Part shown: piece by piece, positions 10,096-22,910 of the stretch | Layout of the letters: each line of letters opens with the position of its first letter | Numbering within the stretch: position 1 is the first letter of the stretch | Assembly: GCA_951406725.2 (NCBI GenBank) | Contig: OX597814.1 | Span: forward strand, 115,568,001 to 115,632,000 | Length of the DNA stretch: 64,000 nucleotides | Direction of reading: 5' to 3' | Source of the DNA: Octopus vulgaris | Lineage: Eukaryota | Program-made: the position numbers and the translations under genes | Notes under the pieces: generated by a model | Seen by the model: only the letters and a program-made list of their open reading frames with translations | What the model was told of the DNA's origin: nothing | The model's database searches: none

Positions 10096-13000
10096 TTTAT
10101 TGGAAAAAATTTTTTCTTTTATTAAAAACATTTCATGTTTAGAACTTTTAGACCAAAATGGAGTTTGATATTGTGTAAGATGGAACTTATTTCAGTTGTC
10201 ACCAACACAAGAGATGAATGAAGGAAATGTCTTTACACAAATTATGTAGAAAGAGCCAACTATATCCTGTTATTTCTACAATCATACTTTGAGACAAGTT
10301 TCTTTTGGTAACAAAGAGGCATAAAAAACGTGAAGCTGAAAATAATTCACTGAAACCATGCTTTACCTAGAAGCATTTCAAAATATATAATCATTTTAAC
10401 AGGAGAAGCTAATCTCATTCTACTGGAAGCTTGTTATATAAATAAAAGCTGACACAAACCTAAAAAGGTACCAAGGAAGTTAAATATTTCGCTGCAGATT
10501 TCAAAGTAGACATTAAATTTTTTTTTTTTTGTTTGTTTTAATAATTACATAAAGATCTGTGTGGGGGAAGAGAGAGACAGAAACATCTAGAAATCTGTCT
10601 TACAAATAGTTAATCACTAATCTGTTGTTCAACAGAAAGCAATGAAAGAAAAAAAAAGGTGATACTTTACAATGGAAAGCATGTTTTTAAAACTACGTTC
10701 TACATACTTATTTAATCTTTTATTAACAATGATACATATAGCAATGTTTTTTTCTTTAAGCTTAACCCTTTATCATTTAAGCCAGTCATATCCAGCCCAA
10801 ATATCCTACTTGTTTTATGTTCAAACCATCTAAATTTGGCCTCTCACACCTACCCAACGTCCATTTTCCATGCTGGCATGGGTTGGACGGTTTAACTGAG
10901 CTCTGGAAAGCCAGCAGCTGCACCAGGCTCCAACCTGATCTGGCAAAGTTTCTACAGCTGGATGCTCTTCCTAATGCCAACCAATCCAAGACTGTAGTGG
11001 GTGCTTTTAACATGTCACCAGCGCAGGAGCTAGTCAGGCAGGCCTGGCCTTGATCACATTTGGATGGTGCCTTTTACATGCCACCAGCACAAGAGCCAGT
11101 CAGAGGGTAAAGGCATCACCCACAATCAGTTGGTGCTTTTTACATGCCACTGGCATAGGAGCCAGTCAGGTGGACCTGGTATCAACCACATTCAGATGGT
11201 GCTTTTCATGGGATCCAATCAGCAGGCACTGGCCCCAACTATGGTATTGGTTTTACTTTACTCAACAGGTCTTCTCAAGCACATCCGGTCATTTTAAAAA
11301 TAAACACTCACATCATTGAACTCTCAAAGCTATGAGATAATCCATGATTAATTCAAAACAATGGGATTAAATAAGCTTTACATTTGACAGAGTAATCTGA
11401 ATGCTAAGGAGTTAATCAGAGAAGGACAGCACCTATAACCTCTGACAGGGCTGCCAAATCTGATGGAAGGATAAAGGAGAAATAGTGTTCTGTGAGTAAA
11501 GAATCACATCATATAGTGAGGACTGTTTGGGGTTAGAGTGTACAGTTTGTGTTCAACCTGGCCAGATCTGGCTTTTCACACCTATCATACAATGTCATTC
11601 TAAAAATAAACAACAATCATAATCTTGAAGCTACAAGTTAATGCATGATAAATCTAAAACAATGTGAATAAATAAGGATTACATTTGATAGAGTAAACTG
11701 AATGCTAAAGGGTTAATCATGTATCTATGATTAAAGTGAAGAAATTTCAGAGATAAATTAATTGAAAAACAAAACAAAATATAAAAATGAGGAGATTATC
11801 TGCAAAAACAAAGAATATTTTAATACATCTATAAATATTTTTTTTTTTTAAATAATTAAGAAGCAGAAAAAGAAAGAGGGAGCAGACAAAGCTTTATATT
11901 GAAGTATTGAATTTTATTTATTTATATATATATAAACATAAAGCTAAATGACAGCAGTTCTGGTAATGGTAGTATCTTGGCGATCTGTAATTAAATAGAA
12001 TGCAACAGACAGAACAATATACAGGAAAACATATTTATGAAGAGAATATTTGGAGACGGAAAAAAAAAAAAAAAAGGTAAAAACCTACATTTTAGATTTT
12101 ATTTGATTATAATATAACTATAACTGAATGGTGAGAGGAGAGATAAATTGAGACTTGAAAGCCACAATTCTCATGTAATTGGACTAATTTTAATGAATAA
12201 TATCAATGAATGTTTAATGTTCAGTACAAAGTCAAATTGGTAATAATTACATATGAATACATTATTTAGTCACCACTTAGTGACTTGAGTAAAATGTTCA
12301 ATAAAATCTTTCCCTGGGGTAGCAACAGGGCAGGTGGATTTTACAGCTAACCGGATCTCCCAGCAGTTGTCATACATCATATATATATATTATATATATA
12401 TATATATTAATGTATGTATATAAAATGTTCTTCTAGATACATTTAATTTGTTTTTTTTTATATCAAGCAGCATAATGGGGAATTCGTATTATGTTTTTTT
12501 TTATTATATTTTATTAACTAAGCTGTAACAACACACAAACATTGAAGAGAGGAGAATTGTTCTTCTGTCAGACAGAAATGCAGGATTAAGAACCAAAAAA
12601 ATATATGAAAAATAAAATCATGAACTGGATGAAGTAATGGTGAAAACTAATTTTTACAAATTTGGTAAGGGCCACTTTTAGGAATGGCAGCTTGTTTTAA
12701 AACATACACAAGCAAACAAAACAAGAAACAATAAAATGCAGTTTTCATACCACGTGTGTGTGTGTGTATATATATGTATATGTAGGGGTACTTTTCAAGT
12801 TACAGCTGATGAAACTACTGTGGAATGTTTAAAAAAAAAAACCAAAAGGTGGGGCAGAGTTCCCGCCACTGTTTAAATAAACAGACATATAAGGTAAGCA
12901 GATGTACATAGACACAATGAAAAACTTTTCCTCTCAACAAAAATGCTTCTTTTAAATTTGATGTATGTATATGTGAGTGCACATATATGTGTGTGTGTGT

Positions 13001-15967
13001 AGGTAGGTATGTATATATATACAAACTAGTGAAATTAATGTTTGTTTTATCCATCTTACAAATATTTACTGCTTTTAGAAGCAGCTACATTTCTGACTCG
13101 ATTAGAATATTTCTATATATATATTTTTTTTGTTTTGATATATATAAACTCTATGAATCTCAATTAGATTTTCCATCTGAGGAAGGTGATACAGGAGACA
13201 TTTTCATGAAATTGAGCACAAAAGTTTCAATAACAAGCATTGATGATGACAAAAAAAATGTTTGGATGTAAAAACTTTGAAAAAAAAATTTAATAAATAA
13301 ATATCAGGAAAAGTTGATTAAAAAAATAAATAACACATACATTTGGACCCATTGACTAAGAATTGAGTGAAAAAAAAAATTTTTTTTTATGAAGTTTATC
13401 TGAAATAATATCACTAAAGAAAAATTGTCACATGCAAAATTTTGTAGGTGACAAATGTTTTGTATGTAATTTTGTCATTCACAGACACACTCAGATATAT
13501 TCTCTCTCACTAACACTGAAAATTATTACCAAGAATATACAGACAAATTGAGTTATATACTTCTAAAACAGTTTTAAATGTTTGGTAATTTTTTTCTTAT
13601 ATTTATTCAAGTTTCTAAAATCTTTAACCAACTTGAAAGGTATCAACTGAAATATGGCATAAAATTTGAATTTTTTTTTTTTTTTTTCTTTTTTTCATGT
13701 ATGTAATATTCTACCAATGGTGTGTGTGAATGTCAAATAGGTTTTGTTGAAATGAATATTAAATGAAAATGTTGATAAGAATTAACTAAAATTCTGACAT
13801 TAAATTCTGAGTCGAAATCATAAACAAAAACGGGATCTCTTAAGAATTATCAAAATTGATAATTAATGAAATTCATCTAATTAGATAAGATCCATTAACA
13901 ATATCAATTCTTTGGGATATTCTCCTGAATAAGAATTAAATACTAATCACTTATTCTAATTAAATTTTCCCAAATCAAAACAGTCTCTTTGCTAGGAGAG
14001 CTAACAGTCACATCTCCCTCAAATTACACTCTGCTTTAAACAAGGCTGTTGTAGTACTAGGTATACTATGCCTGCAAATAAACCTAGGTACAGCAAGAAT
14101 ACATTTGATCATAGGTCAGCTCAATCAGGGCAAACCTAGGGCTAAACAATAACATCGTTACTCTTGAGGATTTAAGGAAGATGCTTGGTTTTTTTTTTTT
14201 CAAACTTTATCTAAAAATTACTATTTTCTTATTAAAAATGGATTTCTTTTTCACAATATCTCAATAGAAATATAAAATATATTTTGGTAAGGACTCATAA
14301 CTGAATACTTAGAAAGTAGGGAGAAGGGGCAGGGGTAAAAAAAATCAGAAACAGCCTCGAATCTGGATATTTGCCTTTGGCACTTTGAGGAATGTTGAAA
14401 GAATAATTAAGGAGAAATTATGATAACCAGTCTAATGAAGAATTAACAGACTCAATAAACATTTAATTCAAGGTAAATCAGTTGTAATTGAGTTAAAGAA
14501 CTTCCATGAAGAATTTCGTTCATTCAAGTTTCATCTCTGCAATTGGCAGTGAAGAGATCCTCAAAATGGTTGTAATTAGGTGATGGTGATGTGGTGGGGT
14601 GGATGCAGTGCTGCTCAGATTATAATAACCACCTGTTTACAGCTGAAGCATTGTTCTAGTTGATGAACAAATGGAAAAGAGGAATATTATATATAAAAAA
14701 AAAAAATTTAAAAAAAACGAAAATGTGTATGTGTGTATGTGATTGTTCTATGAAAAGGCAGCTATAAAAATGGCAAATATAGTTACAATAGAAATTAGCA
14801 GCAGAATAGGAGAAATGAATGAGAAGAAAAAAATTACATTCCTATCTAGACTGCCGTCTATGTACCACAAATGCTAAGCTGTAGTAATTTTCACAGGTAT
14901 TACATTTTGCAGATATGTGTGTATATGTATATATATTTATATACATATAGACATACACACACACATATATATATAGATGTGTGTGTATATACATATATGT
15001 GTGCATGTTTATGTGTATGTATATATATATATATATATATACACACACATGCCCACACAGACATGCATGCACACACAAGATGTACACGGAGAAACCTTTT
15101 AAAAGTCCCATTTACAATGGATGCACTTTGAACACATTCTAATATAACTGACTATATTGATAAGGAACATCAGTAAAAAGTTGATCTTCAACGGGTGTCC
15201 TGATTCCATAGGCAACAATCGTTAACTGGGATAGTATTTCCAATCAGTTGACAAACTGGTCAATAAAACTGTTTTTTAGAAATTTGCTTAGACACCAAAC
15301 TCTTCCTCCTCCAGTTCAAGATGTAGTCAACCTCACATATACACCCTTTGAATTTCCACCACAAATCTACAGTTATCTGTTGATAAACATCAAGGATATC
15401 ATAACGTGTAGGTTCACATTCCTGGTCCTATGGGAAATAGGCTGCCTACAGTCGTAACAGGTTTTTCACATAATTATATTTCAACAAAGCAAACAGAGGT
15501 TTGAATATTGGTTCCATAGTTGCTCAATCAAGGACAAGAAAAAACAATAATAATAATTATGCTTATGTCAAAGGTTGAATTGGATGTGAAAGATTAACTT
15601 TTCATGATGTTTCTTCAAACAAAAAAAGACATTCTATTAAAATACAATTTTCATCAAGTCTCAAGAGATTCAAAGTTGCAAATAGTTTGTGTGTACACCA
15701 AATATACAAAACCCCTCAGACCCTGTGGTTATTTGATATTTTTTTTATTTAATTTTTTTTTTTGTCTTTTAAATGGAATCCAGTATAAATACCAAATAAA
15801 ATGGGAAACAAAAATACAGTAAACAAATCCCCACAAAGTAAGAGAGGTTCAGCAATGACAATATAACAAATGTAAATCGCAGTCTCTTTATTATTATTAT
15901 TAATAATATTATTTGATGAAAGACACATGGTAGTGAGCTCCTGCTTACTACCCCAGTGGTAGGGAGA
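10096..15967 (-). other. putative long SBNO 3' UTR
   Basis: Very AT-rich and almost free of the common SINEs between about 11.75 and 15.95 kb; minus-strand AATAAA at 10096-10101 and other positions. The true end is unknown. Confidence 0.35.
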
Positions 15968-16101
15968 TCATAAAAGCACTGGCATACTGAGGTGCACGTT
16001 TTCATTGACACTGTTGTCTGGAGTTTCTGTGTATGTGTGAGCAGAGTCTTGAGATAATACATTACACAAGGCTTTCAAACAATTCCCAGGAATTAAACTT
16101 C
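15968..16101 (-). CDS. SBNO1: SBNO terminal coding exon SLIPGNCLKALCNVLSQDS...MPVLL-TGA
   Basis: TAG acceptor at 16102-03, phase 1; IPxNC conserved; TGA at 15970-15968. Confidence 0.92.
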
Positions 16102-16369
16102 CTACAAACAAGAAAAGAAAGGAAAAGTGTAATAATTAAATCAAACTATAAAATGATAATACTTCAATGATCAACAAGCTGTTAACATCTCTCCTGTTAA
16201 TCCCATCATTAAACATCCATTCTTCCATGCTTGCATGGGACAGATGGAATCTGTTAAGGCAGATCTTCAGCAGGATGCCCTTCCTGTTACCAATCCTCGT
16301 CTGGTTCCATACAAGGTAATAGTTTTCCATAGCCAGACAAGTTTCACAGAAGACAGAAAATGAACAATA

Positions 16370-16954
16370 TATAGATGTTTTCGATCTAGTTTGGATTCTT
16401 TGCCATTAAATTTGAATTTTTCAATTGGTGCTCAAGCCTTGAAAAAAAAAAAAAAAGAGTTAAACTACATCAGCCTTAAGGGGATACATGTCTATCTTTT
16501 CTAACTCGTCCAGTAGAGCCCACCAATTGATATCTGAAAAGTTTGATGAAATAACTCATGAACACTGCGATAGCTTCTACTAAAAGGCAGCTCCGTTACG
16601 TCGACCGGTCTGAACAAGGGGAGATAATAAACGAGTGATTCTTTTTTTTCTATTATCCTCCCTTCTTCAGACCAGTCGACGTAACGGAGCTTCTTTTCAT
16701 AGAAGCTATCGCAGTGTTCATGAGTTATTTCATCGAACTTTTCAGATATCAATTAGTGGGCTCTACTGGACAAGTTAGATAAGATAGACATGTATTCCCT
16801 TACGGCTGATGTAGTTTAACTCCTTTTTTTTTCAAGGATTGAGCACCAATTGAAAAATTGAAAAATTCAAATTTGATTGCAAAGAATTCAAATTTGATTG
16901 CAAAGAATTCAAATTTAATGGCAAAGAATCCAAACTAGATCGAAAACATCTATA
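16370..16954. mobile_element. fold-back/MITE-like element with ~260-bp inverted arms, in the last SBNO intron
   Basis: Termini TATAGATGTTTTCGATCTAGTTTGG / CCAAACTAGATCGAAAACATCTATA; short spacer near 16630-16650; 21-bp tandem expansion in the right arm. Confidence 0.85.
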
Positions 16955-17561
16955 ATTTGCATGATGTTGAGACAAGGGTACACACACACACACACACACA
17001 CACACAAAGGGCTTTTTCCAACTTCCATCAATAAAATCCATTTATAAGGATTTGGTCAGCCCAGGATTAAAGTAGAAAACACTTGCCTATGGTGCCATGG
17101 AGTCGGACGGAACCTGGAACCATGTAGTTTGGGGAGCAAACTTCTCGTGTAGTCATTTAACTGTGGCCATGCTGGGGTACTACCTTGAAGAATCACCCTT
17201 GATGCAAATTATTTTGTTTAAGCCTGGTACTTATTCTATCAATCGTTTTTGCCAAAAAGCTAAGTTACAAGGACATAAACACACCAACACCAGTTATCAA
17301 GCAATGGGGGTGGTGGACACACACAAACAAACACACATTTATACAGCAGGGCTACATTCAGTTTCCATCTACCAAATCCACTCCCAAGTCTTTGGTCAGC
17401 CCGAGGCTATAGTAGAAAACACTTGCCCATGGTGCCGCACAGTGAGACTGAACCTGGAACCATTTGGTGTGGGGACAAACTTCTTACCATATGCATATTA
17501 GTTCTCACAAAAAAAAAAAAAAAGATACAAAAGAAGAATAAATAAAGCAAACAATACGTAC

Positions 17562-17758
17562 CAACAATTCTGCGATTGTCATCAGTTCGAAGTCGGATTA
17601 TCTGCATTTTGGAGCTGGCACCTCCGGGTAATGATGCAAGCACACTCTCTACTTTACTCCAGACACTAAGGACTGAACCACTTAGTACGTGGTAAGTCCT
17701 TGTACGTAAACCTATTTCACAATGTAGTCCCATGCTTGTCTTTTTACAATTTCCTTTC
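17562..17758 (-). CDS. SBNO1: SBNO exon [33 protein letters not shown]...RIVG
   Basis: AG/GT boundaries, conserved sequence. Confidence 0.96.
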
Positions 17759-18658
17759 CTATAATCAAGAAAAACACATATCTTAAGTAATAATATACAT
17801 CATCATCAACAGATTGTGATAAAGTCCACTTTCTCATGCTTGCATGGGTGCGGTGAAATTTTTTGAGAAAGAGTTTCTACAGTCAGATGCTCTTCCAGTC
17901 ACCAACTCCAGCTTGTTTCCAAGTAAGGTAATATTTTCCCCCATGCAAAACATAATTGTCACCACTACTGCATGAACCTGAAGATTACATAGTTTAATGC
18001 ATGAAAGTACTAGTTTAAACAGAATGGACATCATTTCTTTATATATTATATTATATTATTATAAGATTGTGAACATTCGAGTGAGATCGTTGCCAGTGCC
18101 AGTACCGCCTGACTGGCCTTCTTGCCGGTGGCACATAAAAGCACCCACTACACTCTCGGAGTGGTTGGTGTTAGGAAGGGCATCCAGCTGTAGAAACTCT
18201 GCCAGATCAGATTGGAGCCTGGCACAGCCATCTGGTTCGCCAGTCCTCAGTCAAATTGTTCAACCCATGCTAGCATGGAAAGCAGACGTTAAACAATGAT
18301 GATGATGATATTGTCATTTAATGTCCACTCTCCATGCTAGCATGGTTTGACATGGAGCTGTCCAAACTTCACCTGTCTGTTATGGTGTGGTTTCTATGGC
18401 TGGATGTCCTTCCTAACACCATAGTCTTAAATCATTCTTCTTTTGTTAGACTTATACTTATCAGTGTTGTGACATTGACCAAATAACTGATCTCAACCTT
18501 ATTCATACAAAAAAAAAAAAGACACTATTGTCCATTTAGTTAACTTTCATGTGGAAAGCCTGACAAGAAACTAAACAAAACAAAATTAATGTTAAAAAAA
18601 AAAAAGGAAGAAAAAACAAAGAGCTCTTTGAAGCATCCTGTTTACATAAACTACATAC

Positions 18659-18735
18659 CAGTAAGCATGGATACATGTTTTTGCTGAAGAGTGATATTGA
18701 TCATTCCACCAACTGTGTGCTTCATCTGGCATCAC
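18659..18735 (-). CDS. SBNO1: SBNO exon VMPDEAHSWWNDQYHSSAKTCIHAYW
   Basis: AAG acceptor, GTATGT donor; C-x-HAYW conserved. Confidence 0.92.
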
Positions 18736-19084
18736 CTTTATTTATAAGAAATACAGAGAGAAAAAAATAACTGAGTCAGGCATAAACAGACACCAGTGAT
18801 GATTATACAATATTTTATGAAAACTTCAAAACAAAATTTGTAAAAGTGTTGTCATATTTTTAAATCTTTAGTATTTAATCTAGCCAGATTTGGCTCAAAT
18901 ATTCTACCTGTTTTATGGTCAAACCAGCCAGTTTTAGCTTCTCACACATGCCCCTACATTGTCAGTCTAAATATATACAACTGCATCATAAGAATCTCAA
19001 AATGCATGATTAATTGAAAACAATGTAAACAAGAGCACTCAGAGAGCACAAACCTCTGCCAACGCAACACCAACGTCCTCTCAA

Positions 19085-19370
19085 CGACACGGGGCCAGAC
19101 AGAGCTGGCAAACGGCCACGAACGGATGGTGCTTTTACGTGCCACCGACACGGGGCCAGACAGAGCTGGCCAACGGCCACGAACGGACGGTGCTTTTACG
19201 TGTCACCGGCACGGGGCCAGGCAAGGCTGGCAACGAACACGAACGGATGGTGCTTTTACATGCCACAGACACGGGGCCAGGCAGAGCTGGCAAACGGCCA
19301 TGAGCGAATGGTGCTTTTACGTATCACCGGCACGGGTGCCAGACGAGGCTGACAGCGGACACGAACAGAT
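19085..19370 (-). repeat. ~60-bp tandem repeats (about 5 units) in the RTE 3' UTR
   Basis: Unit ...GGTGCTTTTACGTGCCACCGRCACGGGGCCAG... repeated. Confidence 0.85.
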
Positions 19371-19419
19371 GGGTCACTTAACCCCTGCTTTCTGATATAT
19401 GATTTGATTTTGATTGTTC

Positions 19420-20301
19420 TCACTGGTCTTGCCGGGTCTTCTCACGCACAGCATACTTCCATAGGTCTCGGTCTCTGGTCATTTCCTTGGTGAGACCTAG
19501 AGTTCGAAGGTCGTGCTTCACCACCTCAACCCAGGTTTTCCTGGGTCTACCTCTTCCACAGGTCCCCTCAACTGCCAGGGTGTGGCACTTTTTCACACAC
19601 CTATCTTCATCCATTCTCACCACATGTCCATACCAGCGCAATCGTCTCTCTTGCACACAACATCTGATTCCTCTTAGGTCCAACTTTTCTCTCAATGTAC
19701 TTACACTCTGTCGACTATGAACACTGACATTACACATCCAACGGAGCATACTAGCTTCATTTCTCGCGAGCTTACGCATGTCCTCAGCAGTCACGGCCCA
19801 TGTTTCACTGCCATGTAGCATGGCTGTTCGTACACATGCATCATACAGTCTGCCTTTTACTCTGAGCGAGAGGCCTTTAGTCACCAACAGAGGTAAGAGC
19901 TCCCTAAACTTTGCCCAGGCTATTCTTACTCTAGCCGTTACACTTTCAGCACACCCACCCCCACTACTGACTTGGTCACCAAGATAACGGAAGCTATCAA
20001 CCACTTCTAGTTTTTCCCCCTGGAAAGTGACGGAAGTAGTTTTCTGCAGATTTTCAGAGGTTAATGCTCCCGAGCATCTGCCACATACAAAAACCATCTT
20101 CCTAGTTAGCCTTCCTATGACATTGCTGCACCTCTTATGTGTCCATAGCTTACACTTGGTGCATCTTATAGAGTTTCTACCTACACCTTTTCTACAGATC
20201 GAGCAGGGCCATCTACCTGAAGGCGTTTGTGATTTGTCTACCTTCCTACTTATTACGACTTTGGTTTTAGCTAGGTTGACTCTAAGGCCCTTCGATTCTA
20301 A
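19420..20301 (-). pseudogene. RTE ORF2 C-terminal fragment (RT end, PHD-like finger, C-terminal region), uninterrupted frame
   Basis: About 294 codons with no internal stop; includes ORF 19420-20097. Confidence 0.88.
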
Positions 20302-21736
20302 AGCACCAACCGAACGTGGAAGTTGCCAGCCTCCCCTGGCCCCTGTGCCAGTGGCACGTAAAAAACACCCACTACACTCACGGAGTGGTTGGCATCCAGC
20401 TGTAGAAACACTGCCAGATCAGACTGGAACTTAGTACAGCCTCCAGGCTTCCCAGACCCCGGTCAAACTGTCCAACTCATGCTAGCATGGAAAACGGACG
20501 TTAAACGATGATGATATATATATATATATATAGGGTATTGCATCTAGAAAGTTCCCCTCCGAGGCACAAGTCCAGGCAAGGTTGTTTATAGAAGACCAGC
20601 AATCGCCCATGCATACCAGCCTCCGCTCTCCTTGCCACTGATGTTACCCAAGAGAAAGGCAAAAGCCAACACAGCTTGATACATATCGTGACTCATTTCT
20701 ACAGCTGAGTGAACTGGAACAACATGAAATAATGTGTCTTGCTCAAGAACATAACACACACCCAGGTCTGGGAATCGAACTCACTACCTCATGATTGTGA
20801 GCGTAATGCTCTAACCACTGAACCACAAACCTTCACATACATCTATTTCTACCATATAAAGTTTACTCTATGCTTTGAATCACTGTTCACTCATCTTAGA
20901 ATGCTTTTAATATACATTTTGTTTCATGTACTTTCATCTGTCTTACAGTTCTATAGTAGCAACTCTTTCCATGAAACTTTTGGGGAAACATGGTCACCCA
21001 ACACTTTGCTTCTGCTCTCAGCTTCCATCTTGAGAGAGGGTAAAAAGATTCAAGTGAGGTTATTGCCAGTATCACTTGACTGGCCCCCGTGCCGGTGGCA
21101 CGTAAAAAGCACCCACTACACTCTCGGAGTGGTAGGCGTTAGGAAGGGCATCCAGCAGTAGAAACTCTGCCAAATCAAGATTGGAGCCTGGTGCAGCCAT
21201 CTGGTTTGCCAGCCCTCAGTCAAAATCGTCCAACCCATGCTAGCATGGAAAGCGGACGTTAAACGAATATGACAATACCTCCTCTTTTGTTATGGTAAAA
21301 GTCAATGTTATCCCTGAATGTTGCTGAAATAAAAACCATTATTCTAAAATACAACAAATCCCACCTAAAGTCAACTGCATTATGTGGAAACTATAAATAC
21401 AAAATAGTTAAGGAGGAAGGGAGCACTAACAATTTGAATGTTTCTACCATTACTAAATATCACCAATGAAAAGCCAACAAATGTGCTGAGCCAATGACGG
21501 GTCTCTACATAGTTGCTTCATTTACTAGAAAGAGCAACCAAATTAAAATAATATACACAAAACATCTAGATAAAGAATACCCATTGGCCCCAGCTTAATG
21601 ACTCTGGATCAAAGGTTTGCAGGATCAAGATTGACTTAGGGGCTACCCAACAACCGCAACACCCCAAGTGTGCTGACAAATTACACACTAAAGCGAGATT
21701 GTTTCTAAATCTACACAAACAAGACAATGTTATTAC

Positions 21737-21883
21737 CTTCTTGAATTTCTTCTTCAACTCAGCTGGTGTTTCTGAACGAGGCTGTAAACCAGTATTTGGA
21801 CGGTAGACGTGGTACATCCTCTCTTTCTTCTTCACTGATGTTGGCATAACAGCAAGCACAGCAGTCTTTTTACCATTTCTCAT
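21737..21883 (-). CDS. SBNO1: SBNO exon MRNGKKTAVLAV...YRPNTGLQ...LKKKFKK
   Basis: Uncommon AAG acceptor, GT donor; YRPNTG conserved. Confidence 0.93.
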
Positions 21884-21900
21884 CTTTGAAAGAAACAGAG

Positions 21901-21937
<37 letters not shown>

Positions 21938-22621
21938 GTAATCCTTTGTACTATAGGCACAGGACTAGAAATTGGGTGGGGTAGTCAATTACATTGACTC
22001 CAGTGTGTAACTGGTACTTATTTCACTGACCCTGAAAGGATGAAAGGCAAAGTCTATCTCAGCGGAATCTGAACTTATAACACAAGCAATATGTCTGGCA
22101 TGCTAACAATTTTGTCAGCTCGCCATCTTAATAATAATCCTTTCTGCTGTAGGCACAAGGCCTGAAATTCTGGGGGAGGAGGCTAGCCGATTACATTGAC
22201 GCCAGTCCTCAACTGGTACTTAATTTATCGACCTTGAAAGGATGAAAGGCAAAGTCGACCTCAGTGAAATCTGAACTCAGAATGTAGTGACGGGTGAAAT
22301 ACCAATAAGCATTTTTTAATAATAAGAATAATAAATCATAAGAAAAAATAACATTTTAAAATATTTCATTTTTCTTTCATTTAACGAATCTAGCTGATTG
22401 ACTGATCAAACAATTAATCAACCAATTGATTAATTGGATAAATGTTAACATATTTACTACTGTGATACATCATGTAAATTTCCTAACTCTTTCATTCTTT
22501 AAGACCACCAAAAAGTCGTCATACACTAGTTCAAGCCATCCCCAAAATATAATTCTTGGTAAAGCATTTTTACTAAACTTAAAAAAGAAATAAAAAAGGT
22601 AAAAATATGTAGACCACAGAC

Positions 22622-22714
22622 CTGTGCCGATAGATAAAATCCATCATCTTGACCTTTGCATTCTTTCCAAATATCTATTGCTTGATTCCAGGACAATCCA
22701 CGCTCCACACTTAC
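22622..22714 (-). CDS. SBNO1: SBNO exon [31 protein letters not shown]
   Basis: 93 nt, phase 0-0; starts with GTAAGT immediately after the acceptor AG and ends at a weak GTCTGT donor. Confidence 0.94.
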
Positions 22715-22910
22715 CTAGAAATTTAATTAAAATGCATGAAAAGTGAGAAAGAGAAGAAAAAGAACAGACAAATAGAGTGGTGATGGTGGAAGAGGACAAG
22801 CAGCAGCAGCAAGCATGTGTGCTTCCTTTGCAAAGACTACATTTTTAGTGTCCTCTCTTCCTTACATAGCAAGGTTAATTATCAGAAACACATCATATAT
22901 ATATATATAT

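Larger units (their letters stand above)
19085..20515. mobile_element. RTE-clade LINE, 5'-truncated and 5'-inverted copy
   Basis: Minus-strand open frame 20301-19420 (GLRVNLAKTK...VDSFRYLG...LHGSETW...RLRWYGHV...RGRPRKTW) followed by a repeat-containing 3' UTR to 19085; the plus-strand 3' tail at 20299-20515 ends in GATGATGAT. Confidence 0.9.

Noticed and set aside
19085-19370. CRISPR-like array of regularly spaced repeats (similar at 40420-40690 and 57280-57440)
   Set aside because: The intervening sequences are homologous to each other, there are no cas genes, the context is eukaryotic, and the array is the tandem-repeat 3' UTR of an RTE LINE.
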